From Patescibacteria group bacterium (GTDB lineage: Bacteria; Patescibacteriota; Microgenomatia; UBA1400; PJMF01), in contig JBBDKV010000003.1 in assembly GCA_040879165.1 (NCBI GenBank), forward strand, positions 46,838 through 110,837: a stretch of 64,000 nt of DNA, written 5' to 3'. The notes beneath the pieces are model-generated. The model was not told the DNA's origin and searched no databases. It saw only the letters and a program-made list of their open reading frames with translations. The translations under genes and the position numbers were made by a program. Shown here piece after piece: positions 1 to 10,906 of this stretch (its first letter is position 1; the number at the start of each line of letters is the position of its first letter).

Positions 1-1425
1 AATTTTTAGTGCTGCTTCTAGCGCAGCAGGGTAGGATACTCCTCGACCGATCACAAACATGTGTTCACTCTGAGCAATTCTCTTTGAGATTTTCTTGACG
101 TTATTGATATGTGTTGAGGTCAAAATTTCTTGAGTGGCTGCAGCAGCAGCTTTGACACAAGCTGCTCCTTGATCCTTCTTGCCTGCCAGCGTATGAGCAA
201 TCAACAGTAAGTAAGCAATCTTGGCTAGAAATGCCTTGGTGGAGGCAACTGCTTTTTCCGGACCAGCGCCCAGTAGCAACTTCTCATCTGCCAGTCGATA
301 CAACGACGAACCAATACTATTCACTATGGCAAGAATGGTAGCTTCTTTTTTTCTAGCCTGTTTTACAGACTCTAAAATATCCATTGTTTCACCAGACTGA
401 GATAGCGCAATTACCGCACTCTTTTGGGTTAAAAAATCAACTTGATAGCCAAATTCGCTACCCACCGCCCAATTGACATGTCTTTTGGCAATTTTGGAAA
501 AAATATAGGTACCAGCCAAACAGGCATAAGCACCAGTACCACAACCAATTAAGTAGCTGCCATATGATTTTGTGATACATCTCGCGATTCGTTCAGCATT
601 GGCCTGACCGCTACTTGCAATTTCACTGAGAATTTTAGGTTGTTCATATATTTCCTTCAGCATAAAATGCTCAAAGCTTCCTTTTGAAACCTGGTCAACG
701 TTCCAATCAAGCATTTTTGTAACAATTTTTTGCTGCTTGTTGGTGCGTACTGTTTTGATAATAACCGAGTTTGCCTGAATTTCAGCATACTCGCCGTCTT
801 CTAAATAATATACTTGCTTAGTATGAGGAATAAGCCCAGCTGGATCACTAGAAATAAAATGAGATTTCTTTCCAAACCCGAGCAGCAACGGTGAGCCATT
901 GCGAGCAGCCAGAATGCTAGGTTCGCCCAGCTTGATTGCCACCACTGCGTTTAATCCCTCTAATTGCATAAAACTGCGGCGAAACGCTTCGGGAAATGTA
1001 GTAGTTTTCAATTCTTCTGTGAGCAAATGGGCAAACACCTCAGAGTCTGTTTCTGAGCGAAAAACATATCCTTTTGCCAGTAAGTTGTCGCGAAGCTGGG
1101 CAAAATTCTCGATTATGCCATTATGTACAATGGCAACTTGCTGTTCTGAATCAAGATGAGGATGTGCGTTTTGTACCGTTACTCCGCCATGAGTTGCCCA
1201 CCGTGTGTGACCAATTGCGATCTGGGATTCAGCAAAACGACCTATTTTTGAATCAAGTATTTTTCCAACTTTTTTGCTGCAAATAAGTTTTGTAGAGTTT
1301 GTGTGTAACGGTACACCAGCCACCCCCCAACTATCGTATCCTCGGTATTCAAGCTCTTTCAAGGCGGTAAAAACAGTTTGTCCAGCTTTTTTAGTGTCTC
1401 CAACCAATCCAAATATTCCACACAT
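1..1425 (-). CDS. glmS: Glutamine--fructose-6-phosphate aminotransferase, N-terminal ~475 aa; the C-terminus runs off the window start
   Basis: The reverse-strand translation begins MCGIFGLVGD, with the class-II amidotransferase catalytic N-terminal Cys. SIS-domain motifs follow (SQSGET, GxGxAY). The start codon is the complement of 1423-1425. No stop occurs before position 1. Confidence 0.9.
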   Translation of the reverse strand, partial: MCGIFGLVGDTKKAGQTVFTALKELEYRGYDSWGVAGVPLHTNSTKLICSKKVGKILDSKIGRFAESQIAIGHTRWATHGGVTVQNAHPHLDSEQQVAIVHNGIIENFAQLRDNLLAKGYVFRSETDSEVFAHLLTEELKTTTFPEAFRRSFMQLEGLNAVVAIKLGEPSILAARNGSPLLLGFGKKSHFISSDPAGLIPHTKQVYYLEDGEYAEIQANSVIIKTVRTNKQQKIVTKMLDWNVDQVSKGSFEHFMLKEIYEQPKILSEIASSGQANAERIARCITKSYGSYLIGCGTGAYACLAGTYIFSKIAKRHVNWAVGSEFGYQVDFLTQKSAVIALSQSGETMDILESVKQARKKEATILAIVNSIGSSLYRLADEKLLLGAGPEKAVASTKAFLAKIAYLLLIAHTLAGKKDQGAACVKAAAAATQEILTSTHINNVKKISKRIAQSEHMFVIGRGVSYPAALEAALKI

Positions 1426-1552
1426 ATCACTCTATATAACCCAGCGTGCTGTAAAATGCAAACTGAAGTTGATACAAATGCAGTACCCGCTGTGCTACTC
1501 ACTAGTTTCAGATAATTGCAGTTGATTTGAGTTACGCATATACTGACAACAC

Positions 1553-2809
1553 ATGCACAAAAAACGATCGCTCCGTGGTCTAACACGAAAAATCACCTAT
1601 CACCCTCAACAGCGAGTTGAAATCTTTCTCAACCTAGCGCTCACTGACCAGTGTCGTGTCTTGTTACAGCTATCAGCCTATGTCCAACAGCAACTCGTCA
1701 CAAAATTAAAAAATGACCAGCTTTTACCGATCTTATCCAAACTAGATCCAGATGACGCAACAGATATCCTGCAACGGCTAACAGTCAAACGCCAACAGAC
1801 GCTACTCTCACAACTCAGCGAAAATAAGCAGCGTGATATTGCTCTGCTTTTACAATTTGATCCCAAAACCGCTGCGGGACTAATGAGCATAAATTATATC
1901 CACACCGATCACAATAGTACGGTTACCGAAGTGGCTGAACAAATTCATCGACACGAAGAACGGACGGGAAGATTTCCCATAATACTAGTGTTTGCAAATA
2001 ACGAATTAATTGGTTATTTACCAGATCACAGCCTTGTGTTTGCTAAGACTGCAGATAGAGTCAAGCAGTACGTGCAAGAAATTTCAGCAATTCCACACAC
2101 CACTGATTATCAATCCATCATTGATCACTTCGTAGAACATCCACACAGCAAAGTAGCCGTGCTTGGAGAAAATGATACAATATTGGGTATTCTCTACTCT
2201 GATGACGTCCTGCGAGCAGTGCATGATCGCGAAGCTTCAACGCTGTATGACTTTGCCGGCGTCAGCAATGAGGAGACGATTTTTGACTCAATACGAAAAA
2301 AGGTCAATTCTCGATACAAGTGGTTGATGATCAATCTCGCCACTTCTTTTCTAGCTGCCTATACGGTCAGTCTGTTTGAGAGCACTATCGACAAATATGT
2401 GCTATTGGCTGTCTATATGCCCATAGTGGCTGGAATGGGTGGCAATGCCGCAACTCAGACACTGGCCGTGCTAGTTCGCGGTATAGCACTCAAGCAAATT
2501 GATTTAGCCACTGCCATGCCAGCACTCAAACGTGAGCTGGGTGCAGCCTTGATTCATGGTCTTATCAATGGCCTGTTGGTCGCTGCTATAGTTATGTTCT
2601 TTAATCGAGATATGATGATTGCGCTAATCCTGGCTATCGCTATGGTTACTAACCTCGTCATTGCAGGATTTTTTGGCACTTTAGTACCACTCATCATGAC
2701 CAAACTAGGAAAAGATCCTGCTACTTCTGCCACAATATTTATAACTACTGCAACTGATGTGCTGGGATTCTTGGCTTTTTTGGGGTTGGCAACAATACTA
2801 CTTCAATAA
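1553..2809 (+). CDS. mgtE: Magnesium transporter MgtE (N domain + CBS pair + TM domain)
   Basis: 418 aa. It contains the PIVAGMGGNAATQTLAVLVRGIAL signature and a C-terminal MgtE helix pattern. Confidence 0.85.
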   Translation: MHKKRSLRGLTRKITYHPQQRVEIFLNLALTDQCRVLLQLSAYVQQQLVTKLKNDQLLPILSKLDPDDATDILQRLTVKRQQTLLSQLSENKQRDIALLLQFDPKTAAGLMSINYIHTDHNSTVTEVAEQIHRHEERTGRFPIILVFANNELIGYLPDHSLVFAKTADRVKQYVQEISAIPHTTDYQSIIDHFVEHPHSKVAVLGENDTILGILYSDDVLRAVHDREASTLYDFAGVSNEETIFDSIRKKVNSRYKWLMINLATSFLAAYTVSLFESTIDKYVLLAVYMPIVAGMGGNAATQTLAVLVRGIALKQIDLATAMPALKRELGAALIHGLINGLLVAAIVMFFNRDMMIALILAIAMVTNLVIAGFFGTLVPLIMTKLGKDPATSATIFITTATDVLGFLAFLGLATILLQ

Positions 2810-2862
2810 CCACACGCCCGTAATCAGCACCCACAGCTCAAACGCCACTGCCTAGACATACC

Positions 2863-2896
2863 AAAACTGACCCCCTTGCGGAGGTCAGTTTTTTCA
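2863..2896. terminator. Bidirectional rho-independent terminator between convergent mgtE and the RRM gene
   Basis: aaaaCTGACCcccttgcggaGGTCAGtttttt: a GC stem flanked by an A-run on one side and a T-run on the other. Confidence 0.7.
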
Positions 2897-2921
2897 GTTT
2901 TAAGCTGAGTGAGGAATGTAT

Positions 2922-3314
2922 TTAGTCTCTGCGACCAAATCCACCGCCACCGCCACGATTATCGCGACGATCGCCACCACGGTATCCACCGCGGTCGCCA
3001 CCACCAAAGCCGCCACGATCACCACCACCGGTGCGTTCTCGAGGTTGGAAAGGACGTGCGACATTAACGATTAGCGCTCTGCCTTCAAGTTCCATGCCAT
3101 TTACAGCTTCAATAGCTGCATCTGCCATTTCTTTACTTGCATATTCAACAAAAGCGATGCCTTTTGAACGGCCGCTCATGCGATCGATGATCAATTTAAG
3201 ATCAACAATTTCACCATGTTCAGAAAAGATGTCTCTCAACTGATCTTCAGTGACGCTGTAAGGCAAGTTGCCTACAAACAATTTATTTGGATTAACCTGG
3301 GGATCGGTTGTCAT
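2922..3314 (-). CDS. RNA-binding protein with an RRM domain and a Gly/Arg-rich (RGG) tail
   Basis: 130 aa. RNP motifs LFVGNLPYSVTE and KGIAFVEY are present. The C-terminus is GGGDRGGFGGGDRGGYRGG repeats. A strong SD (GGGAGAA) precedes the ATG. Confidence 0.8.
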   Translation of the reverse strand: MTTDPQVNPNKLFVGNLPYSVTEDQLRDIFSEHGEIVDLKLIIDRMSGRSKGIAFVEYASKEMADAAIEAVNGMELEGRALIVNVARPFQPRERTGGGDRGGFGGGDRGGYRGGDRRDNRGGGGGFGRRD

Positions 3315-3492
3315 AATTCTCCCTGCTCGTGTTCGAGCCTACTACTACGTAGCTCAGGAACATTAATTTCTAAAGAGGGAGATAACTATATACATTTTTT
3401 CCCACTATTCGACGTGCTGTTCTTAAGCAGAGTCATTATAGCACACTTTTCGTTTCACATTATGGTAATAGATATGATATAACCACTTATGG

Positions 3493-4887
3493 ATGAATTC
3501 AGGAACCGCTGTGCTTACAACGCTTTCTCCGCTCGATGGTAGGTATTACTACGCTACTCAATCTCTACAACCCTTTTTTAGTGAATTTGCTCTCAACTCA
3601 TACCGCCTTCATTTTGAAATTAGCTATTTGATTTTTTTTGCCGATCAAGTTCTTAACAAACCATTTACCGCTGCTCAAGTAGCAACTCTTGAGAAAATTG
3701 GCGCTGATTTTAATGAAACAGAGGCACTAAAACTCCAAAAAATAGAGAGAGACATCAAGCACGATGTCAAGGCTGTCGAATACTACTTGCGTCAACAGCT
3801 TGCAGCAAAAAAACTACCCCACTCGGCTTACGTTCATTTTGGCCTCACTAGTGAAGACACAAACTCGGTTGCCTATGCCTTAATGCTCAAAGACGGCATT
3901 GATACCGTTGTGCTCCTCGCACTGACTGAAATAATCCAAGAACTGGCTGATCAGGCGGAAAAATATGCAGATACGCCAATGCTAGCTCGCACACATGGCC
4001 AACCAGCCGTTCCCACAACTTTTGGAAAAGAACTAATCACGTATGCTATTCGCCTACACAATCAGGTTGGTCAGCTTAAAATTAGACCACACCCAGCAAA
4101 AATCACTGGCGCAATCGGCACACATAGCGCACTAACGACTGCCTTTCCAGACATAGACTGGCTGGAAACTTTTTCCAAACTTATTACCTCACTTAATCTC
4201 AATCCCGAACACTTTACTACGCAAATTATTCCTGGAGAACACTACGCTCAAACGTTTGACATTATGCAACGCATCAACACGATTCTGATTGATTTAAATC
4301 AGGACTGCTGGCGGTATATCAGTGATGATGTGCTCGTTCAGCAAGTTGTTACTGGAGAAATAGGCTCCTCTACAATGCCACAAAAAGTCAATCCTATTCA
4401 ATTTGAAAATAGTGAAGGCAATCTCGGTTTAGCCAACGCTCTTCTGCATTTTTTCTCTCAAAAACTCCCCATTTCAAGATTACAGCGAGATTTGTCTGAT
4501 AGCACTGTAAAACGAAATTTTGGCGCAGCTTTTGGCTACTGTCTGATTGGCTATCAGCAATGTCTGAACGGTCTTACATCAGTAACCCCCGATACAGATG
4601 TAATGGAGCAGCACGTCGATACTCATTGGGAATGTCTGACCGAAGCAGTGCAAACCATTCTTAAGCAAGCGGGAGATGATGATGCATACCAAAAAATTAA
4701 AAACCGAGTCAGAGGCAAAACTCTCGATAAAACGGGGTACTTCAACTTGATCAATCAGCTCGACACAGACACTAAGACCCACAAAAGACTTCTAGCACTT
4801 TCACCACTCACATACCTTGGACACGCTAAACAACTAGTAATAATAGGAGTAACACAAATAAAGGAGCAGTATGGCAGCACGACCTAA
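3493..4887 (+). CDS. purB: Adenylosuccinate lyase
   Basis: 464 aa. It has the LSPLDGRY N-terminal motif and the fumarate-lyase family pattern (GSSTMPQKVNP). Confidence 0.88.
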   Translation: MNSGTAVLTTLSPLDGRYYYATQSLQPFFSEFALNSYRLHFEISYLIFFADQVLNKPFTAAQVATLEKIGADFNETEALKLQKIERDIKHDVKAVEYYLRQQLAAKKLPHSAYVHFGLTSEDTNSVAYALMLKDGIDTVVLLALTEIIQELADQAEKYADTPMLARTHGQPAVPTTFGKELITYAIRLHNQVGQLKIRPHPAKITGAIGTHSALTTAFPDIDWLETFSKLITSLNLNPEHFTTQIIPGEHYAQTFDIMQRINTILIDLNQDCWRYISDDVLVQQVVTGEIGSSTMPQKVNPIQFENSEGNLGLANALLHFFSQKLPISRLQRDLSDSTVKRNFGAAFGYCLIGYQQCLNGLTSVTPDTDVMEQHVDTHWECLTEAVQTILKQAGDDDAYQKIKNRVRGKTLDKTGYFNLINQLDTDTKTHKRLLALSPLTYLGHAKQLVIIGVTQIKEQYGSTT

Positions 4888-6238
4888 TTCTTTTGCATTT
4901 TGCGGAGGAGCTTTTGGCGATGAAGGTAAAGGCAGAATTGTGGACGAGTATGTCGCAGATCTTGCTACAAAGAAACAAGTTGTGGTATTTCGCGATAATG
5001 GCGGTGCAAATGCCGGGCACACCGTAGTACTTCCCGATGGCACCAAAATTGCACTGCATCAAGTTCCTTCTGGCGTATTTTGTGAAAAAGCTCACGCTAT
5101 CCTCGGCAAAGAAATGGTTCTCCATCCTGGAGACTTACTGCTCGAACTCAGCGAAATTGAGCATGCCGCCAAAAAGCATCCCATTGGCACAATCACTATT
5201 GATGAGCAAACCATACTTTCACTTGATACCCATCGCGCCTTCGAGGCTGCATTGAAAAACTGGCAAACTGGTAGTAAAGGCTCAACAGGGAGAGGAATCT
5301 CACCTGCGTATGCCGATGTGCTCCTGCGTCATCCACTCAGATTAATCGACTGTATTCAGAATAACAAGCAAAAGATTACAGAACACTATACACTGTACCA
5401 GGCTTTGCTTGCTGGTCTAGATCAAGAGTTATCCACAGCAACAGCTCCCACACTCAATGGAACACAACAAACAATTGGTTCGCTCAAGGAGTTCACCGAT
5501 CGCCTATTAACACAAACTAAGACCTTGAAAAAATACTGCTCAGACACCATGCCATTTGTTCGTTCTGCTTGGGCTGACACTCAGTATGCTTGGGTGTTTG
5601 AAAAAGCACAGGCCATCGGCCTCGATCGACGCTGGGGAGTCTACCCCGATATTACTGCTTCAAATGCTTGCTTAGATGGCATTGACTCTGCGACTGAGGG
5701 AATTATCAACTCAAACGAGATCATGCTCAGAGCTGGTGTTATTAAGGCTACATACATGAGCAGCGTTGGTTCAAGAAAGCTACCCACCCAAATGCCCACG
5801 AAGCTCGCTGATCGCATCCGTCAAGATGCTGGAGAGTATGGCGCAACTACCAAGCGACCTCGAGATATAGCCTATCTAGATTTAGTAGCCTTGCGATTCT
5901 ATTCACAAGTGGGCAACCTTAATGCCCTGGTGTTAACCCACATGGATATTTCCTACCCAGAAGTGTCACTACAGGTTTGTACTGACTACACAAAGGATGG
6001 AGCAGCTGCACCGTATCGACCAGACCAAACACACCTAGATACTGTTTCTCCAGTGTATCAAAAACTGCAGTTTTGGAATCCCAAAGATATTCAAGACGCT
6101 CGAACACCATCAAGTATTCCCAAAGCTGCTCAAGCGCTAATCGACATGATAGAAGACACCATTGGTATTCCAGTTTGGATGATAACTACTGGCTCACAGC
6201 GTGACCAGAGCTTAAAGCTTACCGTACAGAAATTTTAA
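4871..6238 (+). CDS. purA: Adenylosuccinate synthetase
   Basis: 455 aa. It has the GDEGKG P-loop and the GGANAGHTV motif. It overlaps purB by 17 nt, which suggests an operon. Confidence 0.88.
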   Translation: MAARPNSFAFCGGAFGDEGKGRIVDEYVADLATKKQVVVFRDNGGANAGHTVVLPDGTKIALHQVPSGVFCEKAHAILGKEMVLHPGDLLLELSEIEHAAKKHPIGTITIDEQTILSLDTHRAFEAALKNWQTGSKGSTGRGISPAYADVLLRHPLRLIDCIQNNKQKITEHYTLYQALLAGLDQELSTATAPTLNGTQQTIGSLKEFTDRLLTQTKTLKKYCSDTMPFVRSAWADTQYAWVFEKAQAIGLDRRWGVYPDITASNACLDGIDSATEGIINSNEIMLRAGVIKATYMSSVGSRKLPTQMPTKLADRIRQDAGEYGATTKRPRDIAYLDLVALRFYSQVGNLNALVLTHMDISYPEVSLQVCTDYTKDGAAAPYRPDQTHLDTVSPVYQKLQFWNPKDIQDARTPSSIPKAAQALIDMIEDTIGIPVWMITTGSQRDQSLKLTVQKF

Positions 6239-7005
6239 TGACCAGGCTCAAGCATTCCAATGAAATACATCAAAGCCAGGCCAGCAGCTAGTAGCGTTAT
6301 GCTGATCATTGACTGTTTATGACCACGGTGTTGTCGCAATTCAGGCAGCAAATCTGAAGCAGCAATGTATAAAAATGCGCCTGCTGCCACTGGCATTAAC
6401 AGGTGAGCCACTTGCTCGCTTCCCTCAGCCAAGAAGAATCCAAACACACCACCTAAGACAACCGTCAACGCCACTAAGAAATTTGCCAACAATGCTTTTT
6501 TGTACTGCCAACCAGCGTGTAGTAGCACTCCAAAATCTCCAATTTCCTGAGGTAACTCATGAGAAGCCACAGCAATTGCGGTAACAACACCCAGGGTCGG
6601 ATCTGCAATAAATGCTACTGCAATAATCAGACCATCGATAAAATTATGCACACTATCACCGATCAAATTCATATGACCATACGTCTTCGCATCAAGTTCG
6701 CAATCTTCGCCATGACAATGGTGCCAAAGCAAAAATTTTTCAATTAGATAAAAACTTAAAAATGATAGTAATACATACAACATCGCTTGCTCAGCAGCCA
6801 AGTCCTCCAGTGATTCTGGCAACAAATGAAAAAAGGCAGCTCCAAGCATTGTGCCCGCAGATAGTGAAACGAGGGGAAACAAAATTTTTTGTAACGCGTG
6901 CTTGTGAAGCAGTAGGGCTGCAGCACCACCCAGCGCTGCTAGACTGATGATTGATGTTGCAAGGATAATTTGAATTAAAATTGGCATATACAGTATTATA
7001 TGCAC
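6235..7005 (-). CDS. ZIP-family zinc/metal transporter (ZupT-like)
   Basis: 256 aa, multi-TM. It contains HNFIDGL and HELPQEIGDF, the ZIP family signatures. Confidence 0.8.
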   Translation of the reverse strand: MHIILYMPILIQIILATSIISLAALGGAAALLLHKHALQKILFPLVSLSAGTMLGAAFFHLLPESLEDLAAEQAMLYVLLSFLSFYLIEKFLLWHHCHGEDCELDAKTYGHMNLIGDSVHNFIDGLIIAVAFIADPTLGVVTAIAVASHELPQEIGDFGVLLHAGWQYKKALLANFLVALTVVLGGVFGFFLAEGSEQVAHLLMPVAAGAFLYIAASDLLPELRQHRGHKQSMISITLLAAGLALMYFIGMLEPGH

Positions 7006-7078
7006 AACGCGCTATAAATGCAACTATGGTGCATTTTATAACAATACAATGCCTTGAATGCTACTACGCTAGCAACAA

Positions 7079-8296
7079 TTAATGAAAATGCCCGTGACTT
7101 TGCGCGTGTTTTTCAATTTCTGTTGCAGATTTCCTCAGAGCTACCCAGCTTGCAATAAAGGTCGCTACCGGCACTGCCAACACTAACCCTATTGAGCCAG
7201 CCAATGTCCGCACTACTTCTTCGACAATAACTTCACTGTTGAGTGTTACCCAATCTGGAGTGTTTTCATTCATAATGAACAACAAAAAAAGTGGCATATT
7301 GGCACCTGCATAGGCAAGCACTAGTGTGTTGACCAACGAAGCTACATGATCTTTGCCTACAGCTAGTGAACGTCTGTATAACTCTCCACTACTGATATTC
7401 TTTTTGGCTGCACGTAATTGAAAAACTACTGACACTTGAGAAACTGTAATATCATCAAGTACCCCGAGCGCGCCAAGCATGATGCCTCCAAGCAGCAAGC
7501 CTTGTAAATTGACAACAGCGCTTGGACCAAATTGTAAAAAGTATGCTTCCTCTGAGCCCAAACCTACCAATTGAGAAGCAGTAACAGCTAGATACGAAAT
7601 CCCCACTACCACAAATAGAACGAGCACGGTTGACATCAATGCCAAATGAGACTTGAGCGTAAGACCATGAGCTACGTAAATAGTAACAGCGCCAATCACC
7701 AAAGCACCAATTAAACTGACCCCAATAGGATTAGCGCCAGTAAGAATTTGTGGCACAACAAATTGCATCAAAATCACCACGCTCAAAATCATGCCGAACG
7801 TAGCGTACAAACCCTGCCAACCACCAACTACGACTACTACTACCAAAAAGACAAAAAACAAAAAGTAAATAGTTGGCAGACGATATATATCTGCTACAAC
7901 CACCTCTGTCTCACCATCACTCAATAATTGTTCAGCCAACACCAAGCGTCGACCTTCTTCAATTAACTGCTGTTCATTTAGTGGCTGAAACGTTGAGCCC
8001 ACGCTAACCTCAACAAGCTCTCCCGTATCTGAGCGTTGTACCCGAACTTTCTGAGTAAATAGATTGTCTTGTTCGCTGACCCGGAGTTGCTCAACGATTT
8101 CCTGAGCCCTTCCAGTAAAATAGACTGGCACTTCTACTGTCGGCTGCTGAGGTGTCGTTGGCTCTTGAGGTGACGCTTGCTCTTGACTTGTCGTTGGCTG
8201 CTGAGCTGATTCCTGAGCCGCTACTGGGGGTGCTGTCACAATTCCCACCATCAATGACGCAAGCAAGAAAATTAAACAAGCAAAATATCTCAACAT
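7079..8296 (-). CDS. YibE/F-family integral membrane protein
   Basis: 405 aa. It has a signal-like N-terminus, a Q/P-rich extracellular segment, then about 8 TM helices. The architecture matches YibE/F (PF07907). The assignment is by pattern only. Confidence 0.5.
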   Translation of the reverse strand: MLRYFACLIFLLASLMVGIVTAPPVAAQESAQQPTTSQEQASPQEPTTPQQPTVEVPVYFTGRAQEIVEQLRVSEQDNLFTQKVRVQRSDTGELVEVSVGSTFQPLNEQQLIEEGRRLVLAEQLLSDGETEVVVADIYRLPTIYFLFFVFLVVVVVVGGWQGLYATFGMILSVVILMQFVVPQILTGANPIGVSLIGALVIGAVTIYVAHGLTLKSHLALMSTVLVLFVVVGISYLAVTASQLVGLGSEEAYFLQFGPSAVVNLQGLLLGGIMLGALGVLDDITVSQVSVVFQLRAAKKNISSGELYRRSLAVGKDHVASLVNTLVLAYAGANMPLFLLFIMNENTPDWVTLNSEVIVEEVVRTLAGSIGLVLAVPVATFIASWVALRKSATEIEKHAQSHGHFH

Positions 8297-8316
8297 ACTG
8301 GTATTCTATACCACAG

Positions 8317-9762
8317 ATGAACTATTTTTTACAATTACTTCACTTCGTCCTGAAAAATAGCTTAATTGTAAGCATCGTGCTTGTGGCAGCAATTCTGAGG
8401 TTTTGGCAACTAGATAGTCAAATGATTTTGTTTCCTGATGCTGGACACGATCTCTTGGTGGCGGCACAGGCTGTTGAGGAACGATCTGTTCCACTTCTTG
8501 GAATTCCATCAAGCATACCAATCTTTAAGCAAGGTCCTATAGCTATCTGGCTGATGATGGCAACAATTTCAACTTTTGGCATAGCTAGCTATCCTATTGC
8601 TATCCTCTTCGCCCTCATTGGCTGCCTAGCGGTGATTGGGATATATGAAATCTTAACTGTCACAATGTCCAGACAGCATGGACTGATTGCTGCAGCACTA
8701 GCTGCTACTTCGCCAATTATGGTTGCCCATAGCCGGATGCCCTATCACACCACACCTATCCCCTTTATGACCATACTATTTCTTGCAGCCTGCGTTGCAC
8801 TATGGCACAAGTATCGATTTGCGCCTTTTCTTGCAGTGCTGACTTTTTGTGGGGTGTTCCAGTTTGAGTTAGCCGCTGCTCCACTAGCGCTTGTGCCAAT
8901 CTATATTTGGTTGCGCAGATATCGCCGCTTGCCAACACGAGGTGAAAGCGCTCAGGTTGTTTTGGCGTTTTTAACAGGGATGCTTCCCCAAGTCATATTT
9001 GATTTACAAAATAATTTTACGCAAATTGCCAAGTTCTTTGTCTGGGTTATGATTAAAACAAAAGATTTTTTTGTACTCGGTAGTAGCGGTAATTTGCAGT
9101 TGCATACAGCTTTTGAAAATAGCTGGCTCTATATCGGCCGAATTTTTAGCACAGATTTTCTGCTGATTTCTATAGCATTCACCGTCGTATTTGTGTTAGG
9201 CATATTCTTTGCAATACACAAAGCCAAGACTAAAATACTTGAGCCTATCTGGGAAATATCGCTACTAAGCATGCTGGTATTGTTGAGTGCGTTTATCATC
9301 CACACCGGTCCATCTGAAGCATATTTCCCACCCCTTTTTATTCTAGTGCTGATTCATATCACCTGCACTATCAAGGCTTTGCCAAAACCTGTGTATACGC
9401 TAAGCGTCCTCGCCATTGCGCTCTTGATGCTAACCAATGTGGTGAGTATCTGGCAACACCGTTTTTTCGTCAGTACCGTGCAAAAATGGACCTACGCTCC
9501 AAGTCTAGCTGAACAGCGTCAAGTTATTTCATTTATTACTCAAAAAAGCACGGGCGAGTATCAATTGAAAAGTACACAGCCCAACAAAGAAGCATTTCCC
9601 TCTGACTTTGATAACTATCGCTGGGTAGCACTAGAGGAAAAAATGCATCCACCAGGTGATTCTGGCACTGTTTTCTGGATTCAGCCCAAAAACCAAGTAA
9701 GTAGTTTTTCGCCTGCCCAGAACCGCAGAACTTTTCAGTCTCTAGTCATCTACTGGCACTAA
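8317..9762 (+). CDS. GT-C fold glycosyltransferase (ArnT/PMT-like, family 39/83)
   Basis: About 481 aa, polytopic. It is trimmed from the ORF-track start at 8152 to the first ATG (8317) that does not overlap the divergent yibE/F gene. The PMT_2-like N-terminal TM bundle supports the family call. Confidence 0.6.
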   Translation: MNYFLQLLHFVLKNSLIVSIVLVAAILRFWQLDSQMILFPDAGHDLLVAAQAVEERSVPLLGIPSSIPIFKQGPIAIWLMMATISTFGIASYPIAILFALIGCLAVIGIYEILTVTMSRQHGLIAAALAATSPIMVAHSRMPYHTTPIPFMTILFLAACVALWHKYRFAPFLAVLTFCGVFQFELAAAPLALVPIYIWLRRYRRLPTRGESAQVVLAFLTGMLPQVIFDLQNNFTQIAKFFVWVMIKTKDFFVLGSSGNLQLHTAFENSWLYIGRIFSTDFLLISIAFTVVFVLGIFFAIHKAKTKILEPIWEISLLSMLVLLSAFIIHTGPSEAYFPPLFILVLIHITCTIKALPKPVYTLSVLAIALLMLTNVVSIWQHRFFVSTVQKWTYAPSLAEQRQVISFITQKSTGEYQLKSTQPNKEAFPSDFDNYRWVALEEKMHPPGDSGTVFWIQPKNQVSSFSPAQNRRTFQSLVIYWH

Positions 9763-9798
9763 TTTTTAACAGACTATTCTCCGCGGTATAATACAAGC

Positions 9799-10893
9799 AT
9801 GCGACCACTCATTACACTCGCAATAGTATCAGCAGTAACACTCTGCATTGGTCTTTTTGCTGGCTCGCTTTGGCACGATAGAATGCCATGGAGCAGTGCA
9901 GATATGTTCTCAGACACCCCGCTCGGTGACCTGGTAGAAACTATTGAACCCGAACGACCACTAGAACGCTATACGTTTCAAACGCTCAGAACTGAAACTT
10001 TTGAGCCTGCACATGTTGCAATCACTGAAGAGCTTGCCACTAATCCAGACTTTACGAGTTATTTAGTGATGATCCAGACGCTAGATAAAACCATGAGCGG
10101 ACAGTTAAACATTCCAACTGAAGTTACTGACGACACACCAGTCATTATTATGCTGCGCGGCTATGTCAGTCCAGACATATATTTTACTGGGCTAGGAACT
10201 CGCAACGGCGCTGCTGAATACGCCCGAGCTGGATATATAACTCTGGCTCCTGATTTTTTTGGTTACGGACAAAGTGATCCAGAACCTGAAGATTCATGGC
10301 AGGCACGATTTGAAAAGCCTATCATCGTGGCAGAAATTTTGAATGGCGTACGCGAATTAGGAGTTCCTACTACCAACGGCTCACATGCAACCGATAGAAT
10401 TGGACTATGGGGACACAGCAATGGTGGTCAGATTGCCCTCAGCGTCCTCGAAATTCTGCAAGAACCAATTCCCGCTACCCTTTGGGCTCCGGTAACCGCG
10501 CCGTTTCCCTACTCAGTGCTTTTCTTTACCATCGATCATGATGATGATGGACGAGGCATGCGATTGTGGATCAATCAATTGGAATCTATCTATGACTTGC
10601 ACAATTTTTCAATTACACGGCATTTGGATGGACTGCGCGGTCCACTTATGATTCATCATGGCAGCGGAGATGATGCGGCACTTCTTGACTGGTCGAGGCG
10701 GTTTGCTAATCTAGTGGATGAAGAAAATGAGCGACGCGAATCTCTAATCAGTACTGCCTCAGCAGAACTTGCAGTGCCTGAGCCTATCGGGTTTACCCTG
10801 CATACATATCCAGGTGCCGATCACAATTTACAGCCAGGCTGGAATACCGTGGTGGAGCGGGATATACTGTTTTTTGATAGACATTTAAAGTAA
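9799..10893 (+). CDS. Membrane-anchored alpha/beta hydrolase (S9/dienelactone-hydrolase-like serine hydrolase)
   Basis: 364 aa. It has an N-terminal TM, a GHSNGG nucleophile elbow (GxSxG) and a downstream His (HHGSGDD). Confidence 0.65.
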   Translation: MRPLITLAIVSAVTLCIGLFAGSLWHDRMPWSSADMFSDTPLGDLVETIEPERPLERYTFQTLRTETFEPAHVAITEELATNPDFTSYLVMIQTLDKTMSGQLNIPTEVTDDTPVIIMLRGYVSPDIYFTGLGTRNGAAEYARAGYITLAPDFFGYGQSDPEPEDSWQARFEKPIIVAEILNGVRELGVPTTNGSHATDRIGLWGHSNGGQIALSVLEILQEPIPATLWAPVTAPFPYSVLFFTIDHDDDGRGMRLWINQLESIYDLHNFSITRHLDGLRGPLMIHHGSGDDAALLDWSRRFANLVDEENERRESLISTASAELAVPEPIGFTLHTYPGADHNLQPGWNTVVERDILFFDRHLK

Positions 10894-10906
10894 AGCAAGG
10901 CTGCTT

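Noticed and set aside
899-1586. Several 70-90 aa ORFs at the window start
   Set aside because: They are all embedded in or antisense to the glmS coding sequence.
8152-8316. Upstream extension of the GT-C ORF overlapping divergent yibE/F
   Set aside because: It has no SD and overlaps the start of the opposite-strand gene. It was trimmed to the ATG at 8317.
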